Assembly: GCA_041664745.1 (NCBI GenBank)
Contig: JBAYKD010000001.1
Location: 106,551-170,550, forward strand
DNA length: 64,000 nucleotides
Direction: 5' to 3'
Origin: Minisyncoccota bacterium
GTDB lineage: Bacteria; Patescibacteriota; Minisyncoccia; Phycocordibacterales; UBA9973
Positions 55,928 through 64,000 of this stretch are shown one piece after another (positions within the stretch are counted from its first letter, which is position 1; each line of letters opens with the position of its first letter). A program made the position numbers and the translations under genes. The notes below the pieces were generated by a model. The model ran no database searches. It was not told where the DNA came from and saw nothing but the letters and a program-made list of their open reading frames with translations.

Positions 55928-57229
55928 TTATACAGGTAAATTTGAAGGTGGTTTTGCAATCTTGGACTCTATACGCTTGAAGCTTGGTGTCTCTGAAACC
56001 ATACCTGGGAAATGGAAAAGAGTTGCAAGCTCTTCAGAGGAAACAACGAAAATGTTGGCTTTATGTGAAGGGAAAAATGCTGCTAAAACTTTAGGATAAT
56101 TTATAGCATATTGTAATGGTGGATGAAAGAATGTCCTCATACGATACCAATCAAGCATTCTCTTTTTTATTTTAGTCAAAGCAAGACCTGTAGGATCTGA
56201 CCATGGTGCATCAAACTGAGTAGAATTCGTACGATCAAGCTCATTTAAAGATGGAGCTGCATATTGTCTAAATAATAGACGTACTTCACGACGAAGATTC
56301 TGGAATTGATCTTCTGTACAAAGTCTATTGTCTGACAAAGCAATAAGTCGTATTCCGCAATCAAAGTGAACTTGGGCCATACCTTTCGTAAGAGCTTCAA
56401 CTGTAGGTTTTAAATGATCTGGTAAAAAGAGCTGTCGAGCAGTCGGAACATCTGGTTTATCAGCATCATGAATACGTACATAGCCCTTTGTGATTGTCTC
56501 GATATATTCAAGAGCCGCTTCATTAAAATCTATATGGCCTCCTGTTTTGTGACTATGATATTTCTTTATATTCCAACGAATGACCATCTGAATCCAGACT
56601 TGTTGACCACGAGGAATGGAACCTAAATACTCTATCATTGGAGTAATAGGATCAATCTTATACTCTTCTTTAACTCCAGTCTTCATGTCGTCACCAAAAG
56701 CTTTGTATGTTTTTATAGGAACAAAATCTTCTTTTAATTTTTTAAATTCACAACCCCACATATTCCAATCACCACCTTTTTTATATTGAGGAACATGAAA
56801 AGCATAATCATCTACTTCGACAACCTTGGCTTGAGGATATTGACCATAGATCTGTGTCTCTACTAAATTACGTATACGGGTAGGAGTACGTATGAAAAAA
56901 TGCACTCGTCCATCTATAGATACAATTTCAAGTGAAAACCAAAACCAAGGTGCACCTTGAATATATTGTTCCCAGAAACCTTTCATACTTTTCTGATAAA
57001 AGGCATTTGTAAAGATAAGCTCCATAGCAGCAGGAGTTTTAATAACATCACGAGGTACTTGTATTTCAAGAAGAACCCACTTTATGCCCATAATGAAACG
57101 CTCTTGTCTATAATGATGCCATAAGTTAAGTGCTATATAGGCTAAAGGAATCGGCATTAAATAACCAATTGTTACAATTAATATTTGTAAAAGATTTAAA
57201 TTATGTGCGTTTAAGAAATCTTGAATCAT
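55928..57229 (-). CDS. Membrane-anchored hypothetical protein
   Basis: N-terminal TM; LLEIQVP, FSLEI, YPQA, EELATLFHFP motifs. Confidence 0.8.
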   Translation of the reverse strand: MIQDFLNAHNLNLLQILIVTIGYLMPIPLAYIALNLWHHYRQERFIMGIKWVLLEIQVPRDVIKTPAAMELIFTNAFYQKSMKGFWEQYIQGAPWFWFSLEIVSIDGRVHFFIRTPTRIRNLVETQIYGQYPQAKVVEVDDYAFHVPQYKKGGDWNMWGCEFKKLKEDFVPIKTYKAFGDDMKTGVKEEYKIDPITPMIEYLGSIPRGQQVWIQMVIRWNIKKYHSHKTGGHIDFNEAALEYIETITKGYVRIHDADKPDVPTARQLFLPDHLKPTVEALTKGMAQVHFDCGIRLIALSDNRLCTEDQFQNLRREVRLLFRQYAAPSLNELDRTNSTQFDAPWSDPTGLALTKIKKRMLDWYRMRTFFHPPLQYAINYPKVLAAFFPSHKANIFVVSSEELATLFHFPGMVSETPSFKRIESKIAKPPSNLPV

Positions 57230-57251
57230 GTTTAATAAATTTATATTTTAA

Positions 57252-57356
57252 CTACCAAGCTCGAAGAGAAGATGACGTGAAAAAACCAAAAATTACAGCT
57301 ATTAAAACAATACCTATAATTATCAAAATAATGTTCACAAAACCTCGATTACTCAT
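57252..57356 (-). CDS. Small single-TM peptide with a prepilin-like start
   Basis: MSNRGFVNIILIIIGIVLIAVIFGFFTSSSLRAW; ATG lies 6 nt after TGaTATAAT; not in the ORF track. Confidence 0.55.
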   Translation of the reverse strand: MSNRGFVNIILIIIGIVLIAVIFGFFTSSSLRAW

Positions 57357-57382
57357 GGGCATATTATATCATATCTCAATAA

Positions 57383-57419
57383 AAAATACTCCTCCAAGGA
57401 AAGTTTGAAGGAGTATTTT
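57383..57419 (-). terminator. Intrinsic terminator
   Basis: AAAATACTCCT...AGGAGTATTTT. Confidence 0.65.
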
Positions 57420-57420
57420 A

Positions 57421-58452
57421 TTAACAAGATGTATAAAGCCCTGATTTATTCTTCTTAAAGTATTTAACATTCTGTAAGTTAACCAAGATTGTATTCTTCT
57501 TTAGATATCTTTCTTTCATAACTTGATCCACAATATCATCTTTAGTCATAGGGCCATTCTTTTTCAAAAGTTCTTTGATAACATCACGGACAACTCCAGA
57601 CTTATAACCCCATTCAGAAAGCGCATAAATACCACGGCCTACAAGCACAAATCTAGGATCTTTAATAAGTTCATTGTGACAAGTAGCAGTATGACACTTC
57701 TTTTCAAAAGTATCAGCAACAGCCTTGGCTACTTCTCTAAAATGCATCGGACTCCCGTGCTTACGCATCATTAGGAAGGCATAATCCTTGACCCCACGAG
57801 TTTTAATAGAAGAAGATGTAGACTTACCCCATTCACCGAGTGGATTCTTCTTCAAAGTTTTTGATATCAAAAGCCATCTTTTAGCGATCTCTTCATTTTT
57901 GTATTGTTCAGATAATTCCTTAACTTCTTCTAAGAATCTTGTAATTAATTCTCCTTCTGAAATCAATTCATCATTCGAAAGATTCTCAAAAAGGGATTTT
58001 AATGATTTATGAACACTCTCAGAAATATCAGAATCTACACTCCAACGAGTTTTGAAATTGACATCTTCTTTGTGTTTAGTAAAATCATCACTTAAAGTTA
58101 AATAAAGATGTATGTGATTCTGGGTAATTTTATCTTTTGAAATATGATTAAGAAATTCGTGTTCAGATACGATTGCTCCCATAGAATGAATCAGCTTCTT
58201 TATCTCTTCAAAGACTGCTTTTTCGCTCTTGAATGCTTCACTTTTACGAATAAGAATAAGAGCTCCGTTCTCTATCTGTCTTACGCGTTCACGAGTAATA
58301 CCGTATTTCTGTCCAATGGCTTCTAAGGTTTTTCTTTCTCCGTCGGTAGTTATACCGAAACGATTTACAACCACCTCATATGCTCGAGGGGCTAAATTCG
58401 AAAGAATCCTTTTTGTTACTTGCTTTGGTTTAAATGTAATAATATTAGCCAT
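57421..58452 (-). CDS. Sigma-70 region-4 HTH protein with C-terminal winged-helix domains
   Basis: RFG....TLEAIGQKYGITRERVRQIE; C-terminal PMHF..., HNELI..RFVLVGRGIYAL..WG. Confidence 0.8.
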   Translation of the reverse strand: MANIITFKPKQVTKRILSNLAPRAYEVVVNRFGITTDGERKTLEAIGQKYGITRERVRQIENGALILIRKSEAFKSEKAVFEEIKKLIHSMGAIVSEHEFLNHISKDKITQNHIHLYLTLSDDFTKHKEDVNFKTRWSVDSDISESVHKSLKSLFENLSNDELISEGELITRFLEEVKELSEQYKNEEIAKRWLLISKTLKKNPLGEWGKSTSSSIKTRGVKDYAFLMMRKHGSPMHFREVAKAVADTFEKKCHTATCHNELIKDPRFVLVGRGIYALSEWGYKSGVVRDVIKELLKKNGPMTKDDIVDQVMKERYLKKNTILVNLQNVKYFKKNKSGLYTSC

Positions 58453-58556
58453 TTTTATTAAAAAATTAAATTAATAACTATTGTGTTTTTTTATAATATC
58501 ATTACTATAGGATAAAGTCAACCTTTTCAAAATGTGGTGTAATAATAGATATAAAA

Positions 58557-60377
58557 TTACTTTTTACTCTGGGCTGTTTTTGCTTTTGATCTATCTTGAT
58601 CTGTCAAAAGTTTCTTGCGTAAACGAACATTTTTAGGTGTAATTTCAAGATATTCATCATCAGCCATGATCTCAAGGCCCCTTTCTATTGATAGCTTGTA
58701 TGGCGGTTTGACGTTTATTGCTTCGTCAGTTCCACTTGAACGCATATTTGAAAGTTGCTTACTCTTTGTAGGGTTCACAGTCATTTCATCCCCTTTCAAA
58801 ACGTTACCGATAACCATACCTTCATAAACCTCATCTCCATGTTCTACATACAATACTCCTCTTTCTTGCAAAGTCCAAAGTGAGAAAGCAATAACTTTTC
58901 CTGGCACCATTGAAGTCATAGAACCAACATCTCGCTTTTTTATTTCACCAGCATAAGTTTTAAATCCTATGAATCTTGAAGCAAGAATTCCTTCGCCTTT
59001 TGTATCTACTACAAATTGTCCACGATAACCAAGTAAACCTCGAGTAGGCATCTCAATTAACATTCTTACTATTCCTTCTTTCTCATGCATACTTGTGATG
59101 ATTCCTTTGCGGCCAGTCAACTTTTCTATCACAGCACCAGAGACATCACTACGGACATCAATAGTCACTTCTTCGTATGGTTCTAATTTCTCTCCATTCT
59201 CTTCTTTTATAATAACGTGAGGTTGAGACACCTGAAGTTCATATCCTTCACGACGCATATTTTCAAGTAAAACTGCAATATGTAATTCTCCACGTCCATA
59301 AACAAGAAATCCTTCTTGAACTTCTTCTTCATCTGGGGCGTCAAAGTTAATACGAAGTCCAACGTTCATCTCAAGTTCTTTCTCAAGCCTCTCTCTTATC
59401 TGTCTACTTGTGACATATTTACCTTCGCGTCCTGCAAAAGGAGAATCGTTCACAATAAAGTTTAAGGAAATTGTCGGCTCATCGATATCAATAGAAGGTA
59501 ATGGAAGTGTATTCATATCATCACAAATAGTCTCACCTATATATACGTCGGGAATTCCTGCGATAATAGCAATGTCTCCTGTGTGTAAGACACTTACTTC
59601 TTTTCTATTAATTCCCTCAAATGTGAACATCTTAGAAATACGAGCTGTACGTGATGCACCATCGGCATTTTTTACAATGATAGTACTGCCTGTTTTAATA
59701 GATCCAGCATAAGCACGAACAATAGCTAGACGTCCCAAAAAATTATCGTAACCAAGATTGAACACTTGTGCTTGAAAAGGACCGTGCCTATTCACAGAAG
59801 CTTCTGGAACTTCTTTTAGTATCAAATCAAGAAGTGGTGTTAAATCTTTCGATTCATCTTCTAAATGTAATTTAGCTATGCCTTGTCTGCCGATAGCATA
59901 CATGTATTTAAAGTCTATCTGATCCTGTGTGGCACCAAGTTCTAAAAATAATTCAAGTATCTCATCGTGAACACGTGCGGGATTTGCGGCTGGCTTATCT
60001 ATCTTATTTATTATAACTATCGGCTTAAGGCCTAATTCTAGAGACTTTTTAAGTACAAATCTTGTTTGTGGCATTGGACCTTCCTGTGCATCAACAAGAA
60101 GAAGAACTGAATCAATAGCACGAAGAACACGCTCAACTTCAGAACCGAAGTCCGCGTGACCGGGAGTGTCCACAATATTTATTTTGGTTCCTTTATAATT
60201 AACAGAAGTGTTTTTGGAGTAAATAGTGATACCACGTTCAAGCTCAATAGCATTGGAGTCCATAGTTGTTCCTTCTTCTGTCATGCCACACTGCTTCATC
60301 ATTTGATCAGTCAAAGTAGTCTTCCCGTGGTCAACGTGTGCAATTATAGCTATATTTCTTATTTCAATTAATTTCAT
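58557..60377 (-). CDS. typA: Translational GTPase TypA/BipA
   Basis: IAHVDHGKTT, DTPGHADFG, GPMPQT, GRGELH, EITP. Confidence 0.96.
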   Translation of the reverse strand: MKLIEIRNIAIIAHVDHGKTTLTDQMMKQCGMTEEGTTMDSNAIELERGITIYSKNTSVNYKGTKINIVDTPGHADFGSEVERVLRAIDSVLLLVDAQEGPMPQTRFVLKKSLELGLKPIVIINKIDKPAANPARVHDEILELFLELGATQDQIDFKYMYAIGRQGIAKLHLEDESKDLTPLLDLILKEVPEASVNRHGPFQAQVFNLGYDNFLGRLAIVRAYAGSIKTGSTIIVKNADGASRTARISKMFTFEGINRKEVSVLHTGDIAIIAGIPDVYIGETICDDMNTLPLPSIDIDEPTISLNFIVNDSPFAGREGKYVTSRQIRERLEKELEMNVGLRINFDAPDEEEVQEGFLVYGRGELHIAVLLENMRREGYELQVSQPHVIIKEENGEKLEPYEEVTIDVRSDVSGAVIEKLTGRKGIITSMHEKEGIVRMLIEMPTRGLLGYRGQFVVDTKGEGILASRFIGFKTYAGEIKKRDVGSMTSMVPGKVIAFSLWTLQERGVLYVEHGDEVYEGMVIGNVLKGDEMTVNPTKSKQLSNMRSSGTDEAINVKPPYKLSIERGLEIMADDEYLEITPKNVRLRKKLLTDQDRSKAKTAQSKK

Positions 60378-60460
60378 TTTTAGTTGTTTTTTGGTGAAAA
60401 ATAAATACGCCTCGTGGCGTTTGTATTAATACTGTATCATACATTTTAGAATTTGTAAAC

Positions 60461-60498
60461 AAAAAGTAGCATTCATATTATATTGGATGCTACTTTTT
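60461..60498 (-). terminator. Intrinsic terminator
   Basis: AAAAAGTAGCAT...ATGCTACTTTTT. Confidence 0.65.
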
Positions 60499-60514
60499 TA
60501 ATTATATTATAATA

Positions 60515-61657
60515 CTATAATAACTTAGTTATATCGTGATAAGTTATAACAACCATGAGAAGCATCAAAAGTCCGAAGCCAATCATATTTACCGCATTTG
60601 AAATTTTAGGCTTGATACGTGAGCCTTTAATTTTTTCTATCAATAAAAATAAAAGTCGTCCGCCATCAAGGGCAGGAAACGGCAGTAAATTAATGACAGC
60701 CAAGTTCACAGATATAAGTGCTGTGAATGAAAGTAAATATACAAATCCAAACTTCGCTGCATCACCTACTACTCCGACAATACCAATAGGCCCTGTCACT
60801 GCTGACATATCACCCTTACCCATAATAGCCTGACTAATGAGTGTATAAAAACCAACAGCAGTACTAATAGTCAAATCAGTCGTGAGTTTCAATCCCTCCC
60901 AAACAGCCCTATGAATAGGCAGCTCTAATGTTCCTATTGTATCCATAGCAATTCCAATAGCAGGAACTCCATCTTTATTATTTATAGGAGTAACTTCTAG
61001 CTCTTTAGTTTCTTTAGCTCTTATAAATTCTATCTTTACCTGTTCCCCTCCATGCTTTTTAATAAAACTCTGAACATTTTCTGCTCCAAGATTCGATGAT
61101 AAAAGTTTTGTAGAATCTGTCGTCGTGTCTAAGGCTAAAAGTTTATCTCCAATTTTAAGTCCTACCATTTCAGCTGGGCTACCTTTCACTATACTCGTAA
61201 CAGTTAAGTATTGATTATTGACTATCGCTCCATGCGGTGCCATGCCAACAGAAGATGGAAGACCTGACATAAATCCGATAGAGAGTAAAAGCCATGCAAC
61301 TAAAAAGTTCATCGCCACTCCAGCTACCATAACTAATGCTTGGATATATTTAGGTTTATTGATTAAGCTTCTTTCTGCTAATTCTAATTTTTCTGGAGTT
61401 TCTTCTTTATCTAAAAATCCAACTTCTAAAAGATCTGCTTCATTTATATTTTCTCCATAAATTTTCACATAGCCGCCAAACGGCAATGCATTTAAATTGT
61501 AAGTCGTCTCACCTATTTTCTTTCCATAAATTTTAGGAGGAAAACCAAAAGAAAATTCATCCACCCGTATATTATTCATCTTCGCAACAATAAAATGCCC
61601 AAATTCATGGGAAACAACAAGCACCAAAATAATAACAATAAAAATAATAATTGACAT
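60515..61657 (-). CDS. rseP: Site-2 protease RseP (M50, PDZ)
   Basis: HEFGH, GGYV, PDZ domain, NLLPFPALDGG. Confidence 0.93.
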   Translation of the reverse strand: MSIIIFIVIILVLVVSHEFGHFIVAKMNNIRVDEFSFGFPPKIYGKKIGETTYNLNALPFGGYVKIYGENINEADLLEVGFLDKEETPEKLELAERSLINKPKYIQALVMVAGVAMNFLVAWLLLSIGFMSGLPSSVGMAPHGAIVNNQYLTVTSIVKGSPAEMVGLKIGDKLLALDTTTDSTKLLSSNLGAENVQSFIKKHGGEQVKIEFIRAKETKELEVTPINNKDGVPAIGIAMDTIGTLELPIHRAVWEGLKLTTDLTISTAVGFYTLISQAIMGKGDMSAVTGPIGIVGVVGDAAKFGFVYLLSFTALISVNLAVINLLPFPALDGGRLLFLLIEKIKGSRIKPKISNAVNMIGFGLLMLLMVVITYHDITKLL

Positions 61658-61682
61658 GAAGCTATAATAGCACACTTTGATT

Positions 61683-62219
61683 TTAATTCGTCATGAGGTC
61701 TGTTTCTTTCTTGGCGAAGATTGCTTCAAGATTTTGATTGGCTTCATCTACGCATTTCTGGATGTCCTCTTTAGCTCGCTTTTTATCATCTTCCGGTAAA
61801 TCTTCTGTCTTATCTATTTCTAACTGTCTTTCTTGACGGACACTTATACGAGCGTCTTCAAGCTTTTCTTTAAGAATCTTTACTAATTTAGTACGATTCT
61901 CAGTAGTAAGCATTGGGAAAATAGCACGAACTCCATCACTGTCAGACACTACTGAAAGTCCAAGATTGGCTCCAGTTATAGCAGCTTCTATTCCTTTTAT
62001 CTGGCTTTTATCCCAAGGAGCGATACGCAAAGTTTTAGGATCCTCAATAGAAACACTCGCAATATTTTTAATAGGCATGTATGTGCCATAACTCTCGACA
62101 CTTATAGAATCGAGAATCATCGGAGTCGCTCGGCCTGTATGTACAGAGCTATATTCTTTCGAAAGCCACTCTTCTACTCCTTTTAATTCTGTCTTAAAAC
62201 TTGTTGTATTGTATGCCAT
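61683..62219 (-). CDS. frr: Ribosome recycling factor
   Basis: TGRA, YG, PWD, LTTENR, ARISVR. Confidence 0.93.
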   Translation of the reverse strand: MAYNTTSFKTELKGVEEWLSKEYSSVHTGRATPMILDSISVESYGTYMPIKNIASVSIEDPKTLRIAPWDKSQIKGIEAAITGANLGLSVVSDSDGVRAIFPMLTTENRTKLVKILKEKLEDARISVRQERQLEIDKTEDLPEDDKKRAKEDIQKCVDEANQNLEAIFAKKETDLMTN

Positions 62220-62228
62220 ATACTTTTA

Positions 62229-62927
62229 TTATATCACAAGAGCTATATGCTCCAAAATCATTTTAACCGAAGCTCCTGGTGTACTTAAGAAATCACGACT
62301 ACTTTTAAGTTCTCCTAAAATAAATTTCAAATCTTCATTATTTAAATCCTTTTTCCATTTCTCATAAATAATTCTTTCAAGTCCATTCACAAGTGAGATA
62401 GCATAATATCGTAAACCCCCACTATTCTCATTATCTTTAAACTCTTTAATTATTTCGGCTACTTTGTCTATTCTTACTTTTGGTGTTGCTTTAATAAAAC
62501 CTTCCGCTATTTTATTTTCAAAATTATTATCAATCTTTAAATTCTTTACCAGATGCACACGAGAAAGTATTGTACCAAGAAGAAGTGATGAATCCGGCAC
62601 TACTATAAAGAAGTGCGTGCCTTCTGTCGGCTCTTCTATTACTTTCAGTAATGTTTGTTCCGCTTCACGATTTATAAATTTTGCTCCAATTATGCAAATT
62701 TTCTTTTTGCCATCCGTTGCTTTATTCTGATGCCATTCTTTAATTCTATGTCCGTCTTCAATATTAAAAGAATCATAAAGATTGAGCATTACATCTCCAC
62801 TGTATTTATTTATATCTCCTTGTTCTTCTAGATATATACGTAAAAGATAAACAATCTCTTCAGGATTACCTTCTACTACATAACTATGATACAGATCTCT
62901 CGGAAATAATTCTTTAAAATTATTCAT
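62229..62927 (-). CDS. DNA polymerase III delta-prime-like clamp-loader subunit
   Basis: EAEQTLLKVIEEP, TILSR sensor motif. Confidence 0.75.
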   Translation of the reverse strand: MNNFKELFPRDLYHSYVVEGNPEEIVYLLRIYLEEQGDINKYSGDVMLNLYDSFNIEDGHRIKEWHQNKATDGKKKICIIGAKFINREAEQTLLKVIEEPTEGTHFFIVVPDSSLLLGTILSRVHLVKNLKIDNNFENKIAEGFIKATPKVRIDKVAEIIKEFKDNENSGGLRYYAISLVNGLERIIYEKWKKDLNNEDLKFILGELKSSRDFLSTPGASVKMILEHIALVI

Positions 62928-62932
62928 ACTAT

Positions 62933-63946
62933 TTATCTTTTACTGATAATAGTCTTTTTATACGTATCTAGATGGTTTAGAGCTTCCCCAGTACCTTTCA
63001 CAACACAAAAGATAGCTTCATCAGCGACGCGAGCTTTGACTCCTGTACGTCGGTAAACAAGCTCTGCTAAGTTACGAAGCTGACTTGAACCTCCAGTCAT
63101 TATGATTCCATCGTCAATGATGTCTGCGGATAATTCAGGTGGAGTCAGAGAAAGAACTTCTTTGATTGCTCCGATCATCGTACGTAATTCTTTATCGATT
63201 GCTCGGACTATTTCATTTGTAGAAATTTGTGCTGTACGAGGAAGTCCTTGAATAAAGTCTCGGCCCTTGATTGTAATCGTTAGCTCTTCTTCAAGTGGTA
63301 TAGCTGCGCCTATCTTTATTTTTATAGCTTCAGCTGTTCTGTCACCAATGGCTAAATTGAATGTCTTCTTTATATAATCCGCTATAGCTGCATCAATCTT
63401 GTCTCCGGCACATTTAACTGAAGTCGAAGCCACGATACCACCAAGCGCTATCACCGCTACGTCTGTCGTCCCTCCTCCTATATCCATGATCATATGGCCC
63501 TTTGACTCGTGTATTGGTATACCTGCCCCAATGGCTGCCAAAATTGGCTCCTTCACAACGTAAGCATTTGAAGCTCCGGCTTTCACTGCCGCTTCTACGA
63601 CAGCACGACGCTCTGTGGAGGTAATTCCGGCTGGAACTGATACCATGACGTCCGGCTTAAATAAATTGTATTTACCAAGAGTTTTCGTTATAAAATAACG
63701 CAACATAGCCTCGGTAACTCGGTAATCAGCAATCACTCCATCTTTCATAGGACGATAAACGATAATATTGTCAGGGGTTTTTCCTACCATGTCCTTAGCC
63801 TCGGCTCCAATAGCGAGAATTGTATTGTCCTGCTCAGAAACAGCGACAACAGAAGGCTCATTTAAAACAACCCCCTTACCTGGTAAATATACAAGAGTGT
63901 TCGTCGTACCTAAATCTATACCTAATTTTTTATAAAATAATGACAT
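62933..63946 (-). CDS. mreB: Rod shape-determining protein MreB
   Basis: [29 protein letters not shown]. Confidence 0.95.
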   Translation of the reverse strand: MSLFYKKLGIDLGTTNTLVYLPGKGVVLNEPSVVAVSEQDNTILAIGAEAKDMVGKTPDNIIVYRPMKDGVIADYRVTEAMLRYFITKTLGKYNLFKPDVMVSVPAGITSTERRAVVEAAVKAGASNAYVVKEPILAAIGAGIPIHESKGHMIMDIGGGTTDVAVIALGGIVASTSVKCAGDKIDAAIADYIKKTFNLAIGDRTAEAIKIKIGAAIPLEEELTITIKGRDFIQGLPRTAQISTNEIVRAIDKELRTMIGAIKEVLSLTPPELSADIIDDGIIMTGGSSQLRNLAELVYRRTGVKARVADEAIFCVVKGTGEALNHLDTYKKTIISKR

Positions 63947-64000
63947 ATAATGTTTGTAACAAATCTACTATATCATAAAATACGAGATTTTGTGATACCA

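Noticed and set aside
1108-62730. Numerous 60-180 aa antisense or alternate-frame ORFs in the track (e.g. 1108, 14633, 35587, 38063, 42701, 49071)
   Set aside because: They lie within well-supported genes and have no motifs; shadow ORFs.
1-64000. Genetic code 25 (UGA=Gly) recoding
   Set aside because: All conserved genes are full length under code 11, with no in-frame TGA.

Overview
AT-rich bacterial chromosome segment. Gene content and protein style suggest Patescibacteria/CPR (Parcubacteria-like); this is inference, based on the split transketolase, archaeal-type AspRS, short AlaRS/CysRS/L13, PaaX-like regulators and FtsA-like pair. Most of the window is housekeeping: a sugar-phosphate cluster (fba, pfkB, tkt N/C, rpe, rpiB, gap), gatB, tRNA-Leu(TAA), gltX-murG-ftsW-mraY-scpBA-aspS, trpS, dnaB-recR, rplU, cysS, dnaJ-dnaK-grpE, the infA-rpmJ-rpsM-rpsK-rpsD-rpoA-rplQ-rplM-rpsI block, alaS, mnmA, mltG, typA, rseP, frr and mreB. 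A ~13 kb accessory block between cysS and dnaJ holds an orphan 7TM histidine kinase/Cys-rich protein/EamA exporter/unknown enzyme module and a complete Arg+Asp to spermidine pathway (speA, speB, lysC, asd, CASDH, CASDC). Signals the ORF track does not explain: (1) a PaaX/Cas2-fold gene bracketed by two 36-bp palindromic repeats; (2) a covarying ~90-nt structured element just upstream of both gap and asd; (3) a 160-bp tRNA-3'-end duplication/inversion element; (4) a RAYT transposase at the left edge with AGG-N5-CCT REPs, one of them inside mnmA; (5) GC-rich palindromes translated in frame in cysS and mnmA; (6) a promoter with a 15-bp spacer shared by two orphan genes; (7) pervasive leaderless extended -10 promoters; (8) no TGA stop among 70 genes. 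All product calls come from motif recognition by eye, not from database searches.
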